Shown here: positions 52,732 through 54,688 of the stretch, piece by piece | Numbering within the stretch: the stretch's first letter is position 1 | How the letters are laid out: the number at the start of each line of letters is the position of its first letter | NCBI GenBank assembly: GCA_038065495.1 | Contig: JBBTQW010000001.1 | Coordinates: 110,137 to 164,824, forward strand | Source: Patescibacteria group bacterium | GTDB taxonomy: Bacteria > Patescibacteriota > Minisyncoccia > Phycocordibacterales > JACOZG01 | Reading direction: 5' to 3' | DNA: 54,688 nt | Notes under the pieces: generated by a model | What the model was told of the DNA's origin: nothing | What the model saw: only the letters and a program-made list of their open reading frames with translations | Database searches by the model: none | Position numbers and translations under genes: made by a program

Positions 52732-53469
52732 CTAGGTGAACTCCGGTCGGGCCAGAGCAGCACTCAACTTCTCAGCCAACTGCCGATCGTCGATTCGACC
52801 ACTGTTCGTCGTCGAATCAATCAAACAACTGATGAGCAGCGTGGAGAAATGTTCGTTGAAGCCGATCAGACTGATCAGTTTGGCCGACCGAGCCCGGAGA
52901 GCCGACACCGCGTGGAAAATGGGAGTGACTCCAGCGAGAACATCACTATCCGGTGCCACCGGCTTAGGCTGATCCACTTCCGGCATTCGCTCCACCAGAT
53001 CGCCGACGGTGATAGCGAGAACCTCCTCTCGCACGTCTTCGAGCTTGAGCCCAAGATTACGGAGAACCTTGCCGGCAATATCTTCCGGATCCTCCAGACC
53101 ATGGCGAAGTAACCCGAGCAAGAGGTACCCCGTGCCGACCTCCCGACCACTAGATTCTTCGTCCGCAAACTCAACCGCCTTATTGGCTCGCGGAGTCAGC
53201 AGAGGCGTGGCTGTGGTTAACACATCGGGCCCAGGGTGAACAAGTCTCTCGACTTCGGAACGAACTCTCTTCAGATCAATACCAATTTCTCTCAAAATCC
53301 TCCAGCCTTCAGCGCCACCTTGTTCACCTTCTTTCAACAAAGCGAGCAAGATATGCTCGGTGTTGATATGTTCATGGTTAAACCGTTGTGCCTCTTGTTG
53401 AGCACACGCCATCACCTCCAGGGCACGGAGATTAAATCCAGCAAATACATCACGTGGCTTACTCGACAT
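52732..53469 (-). CDS. Stand-alone Clp N-terminal (double Clp_N repeat) domain protein
   Basis: Two Clp_N repeats (LEVMACAQQEAQRFNHEHINTEHILLALL and ANKAVEFADEESSGREVGTGYLLLGLL) with no AAA+ module. Start set at the ATG at 53469, preceded by the SD GGAGGA. Confidence 0.75.
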   Translation of the reverse strand: MSSKPRDVFAGFNLRALEVMACAQQEAQRFNHEHINTEHILLALLKEGEQGGAEGWRILREIGIDLKRVRSEVERLVHPGPDVLTTATPLLTPRANKAVEFADEESSGREVGTGYLLLGLLRHGLEDPEDIAGKVLRNLGLKLEDVREEVLAITVGDLVERMPEVDQPKPVAPDSDVLAGVTPIFHAVSALRARSAKLISLIGFNEHFSTLLISCLIDSTTNSGRIDDRQLAEKLSAALARPEFT

Positions 53470-53551
53470 CGTCGTATCCTCCAATTCTATTTCAGAATTC
53501 TCTATTAAATTGACAAACAGCCGGGGCCACACGCGTGACCAACCACTTAAA

Positions 53552-53580
53552 TAACTATCAGGTTAAAAATAAAATGTCAA
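53552..53580 (-). promoter_or_regulatory. Putative promoter (TTGACA-N17-TAGTTA)
   Basis: On the minus strand, TTGACA lies at 53580-53575 and TAGTTA at 53557-53552, upstream of the Clp_N gene. Confidence 0.4.
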
Positions 53581-53689
53581 GCAAGAAAAAAGGCGATGAG
53601 TTTGTTAGACTCACCGCCCTGGCGTAACTGCTGGAGCAGGCTCCGTACCGTCGGACTTTCCAGCAATCCCCCCAGTTCACTCCACCGGA

Positions 53690-53806
53690 TCAGGCCAGCC
53701 TGGTGAGAACCGGTCCCCGACCACGCCGGCGACCAGGACCACGATGCCACTCCATCTTGACTGCCTTGGTAAACTCTTGCCAAAAAGCGCGAAAGAACTG
53801 GAACAT
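53690..53806 (-). CDS. Candidate 38-aa Arg-rich small protein
   Basis: ATG at 53806 preceded by GGAGGATTGAAA. Encodes MFQFFRAFWQEFTKAVKMEWHRGPGRRRGRGPVLTRLA. It competes with a 68-aa TTG ORF in another frame. Confidence 0.25.
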   Translation of the reverse strand: MFQFFRAFWQEFTKAVKMEWHRGPGRRRGRGPVLTRLA

Positions 53807-53867
53807 TTTCAATCCTCCGTTTCTAGGTTATCCTGCCAAAACACGGCTCTATTGAGCCACTACTACA

Positions 53868-53896
53868 AGTCTATCACAGGCGTATTAAAATGTCAA
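53868..53896 (-). promoter_or_regulatory. Putative promoter (TTGACA-N17-TAGACT)
   Basis: On the minus strand, TTGACA lies at 53896-53891 and TAGACT at 53873-53868, downstream of the 16S 3' end. Confidence 0.4.
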
Positions 53897-54061
53897 GTCT
53901 AGCGAGGGTTAGTTTATTGGGCTTTGTTTTGTTCCGTTTAAGCCTGGTCTTTCCCAGCGTCACATCGCTTTTAGGACGGCGATGACTTGTGGTTAGCTTT
54001 ATGGGCCAACCGGTCCCCTTCTGCACTCGATCGAGATGCGGAAAGATCGACTACTTTTTCA

Positions 54062-54688
54062 CCTTAAATAATTCCACGAGCAGCTTCCGCTACCCGTGCC
54101 TTGTTACGACTTAAGCCCTGTCACCGAGCTTACCTTAGGATCCCGCGAACGGGACACTTGGGGTATTCCCGGCTCCCTTGCCTTGACGGGCGGTGAGTAC
54201 AAGACTTGAGAACGTATTCACCGCGGTATAGCTGACCCGCGATTACTAGCGATTCCAGCTTCATGAGGGCGAATTGCAGCCCTCAATCCGAACTGAGACC
54301 ACTTTTTGGGATTGGCTCCGGCTTACGCCTTTGCAGCCCATTGTAGTGGCCATTGTATTATGTGTGTAGCCCAGGATATCAGAGGGTCATGCTGACTTGG
54401 CGTCATCCTCGCTTCCTCTCCGCAGCGCGGAGCAGTCTCGCGTGACACTTGTAACACGCGACAAGGGTTGCGTTCGTTTCCCCACTTAAGGGAACAGCTC
54501 AAGCCACGAACTGACGACAGCCATGCAACACCTGTCCAACTGTCCTTGTGAGACGTTCTAAGTTTCCTCAGAACTTCAGTTAGATTTCAAACCCTGGTGA
54601 GGTTCTTCGTTTACCATCGAATTAAACCACATAATCCACCGCTTGTGCAAGTCCCCGTCTATTCTTTTGAGTTTTAGCCTTGCGGCCG
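54062..54688 (-). rRNA. rrs: 16S rRNA, 3' portion (partial; continues past the window end)
   Basis: The + strand carries reverse complements of universal 16S blocks: ccttgttacgactt (1492 region), gacgggcggtgagtacaag (1390-1405), ctgacgacagccatgca (about 1050-1070), and ccgtctattcttttgagtttt (about 907-926). The 3' end is estimated by alignment to the E. coli tail recalled from memory. Confidence 0.85.

Noticed and set aside
53577-53783. 68-aa TTG-initiated ORF as a confident gene.
   Set aside because: It has a non-ATG start with no SD and a Trp/Ser/Gly-rich, low-complexity N-terminal half. It overlaps a better-signalled 38-aa ORF. It is kept only as an alternative in a finding.
54339-54357. 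Apparent small tandem duplication in the 16S (cattgtag tggc cattgta).
   Set aside because: It is probably a lineage-specific helix expansion in a very divergent 16S. It cannot be evaluated without a structural alignment.
1-54688. CRISPR arrays, transposases or IS elements, integrases, prophage structural genes, and an alternative genetic code (UGA recoding).
   Set aside because: No regularly spaced short repeats were found. No ORF has transposase or integrase hallmarks. Long conserved genes are uninterrupted under the standard code and several end in TGA.

Overview
The window reads as a chromosomal segment from a small-genome bacterium of the Candidate Phyla Radiation / Patescibacteria type. 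That placement is an inference from four things: a very divergent 16S, no rpmD between rpsE and rplO, compact housekeeping genes with A/T-rich leaders lacking Shine-Dalgarno motifs, and phosphoketolase plus acetate kinase. Housekeeping content includes pth, lepB, hisS, rpsU, ybeY, ftsA, ftsZ, trxB, murA, pyrD, tsaD, valS, infC-rpmI-rplT, murC and murD. There is also a contiguous ribosomal block on the minus strand, rpsS through rplO followed by secY-adk-map. RNA genes are seven tRNAs (Glu-UUC, Ser-CGA, Val-GAC, Phe-GAA, Arg-CCU, Leu-CAG, Ile-GAU), smpB with tmRNA, and the 3' ~630 nt of a 16S rRNA at the window edge. The main finding is a complete diversity-generating retroelement (DGR) at 41.6-44.1 kb. 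It has a DGR-type reverse transcriptase, an Avd-like accessory gene, and a 118-bp template/variable repeat pair whose 15 mismatches all fall on template adenines, mostly in AAC codons. Its target is a 226-aa protein with no signal peptide. The element lies directly upstream of rpsS, where rplB and its upstream partners would normally be, and its avd gene is inverted relative to TR, RT and target. Other notable points follow. (1) An uncharacterised two-gene operon with an Abi_C-like motif sits next to ssrA. (2) Short direct repeats of the 3' ends of tmRNA, tRNA-Leu and tRNA-Ser look like att-site scars; the tRNA-Leu pair brackets a single GNAT gene. (3) A small gene with its own terminators and a downstream promoter is inserted between rplE and rpsN. 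(4) The 16S 3' tail has no CCUCC anti-SD, yet a small set of accessory-looking genes carries strong SD motifs. (5) Protein-coding genes lie between the 16S and tRNA-Ile. (6) Accessory genes are inserted between ftsA and ftsZ and between murC and murD. No CRISPR array, transposase or integrase was seen.
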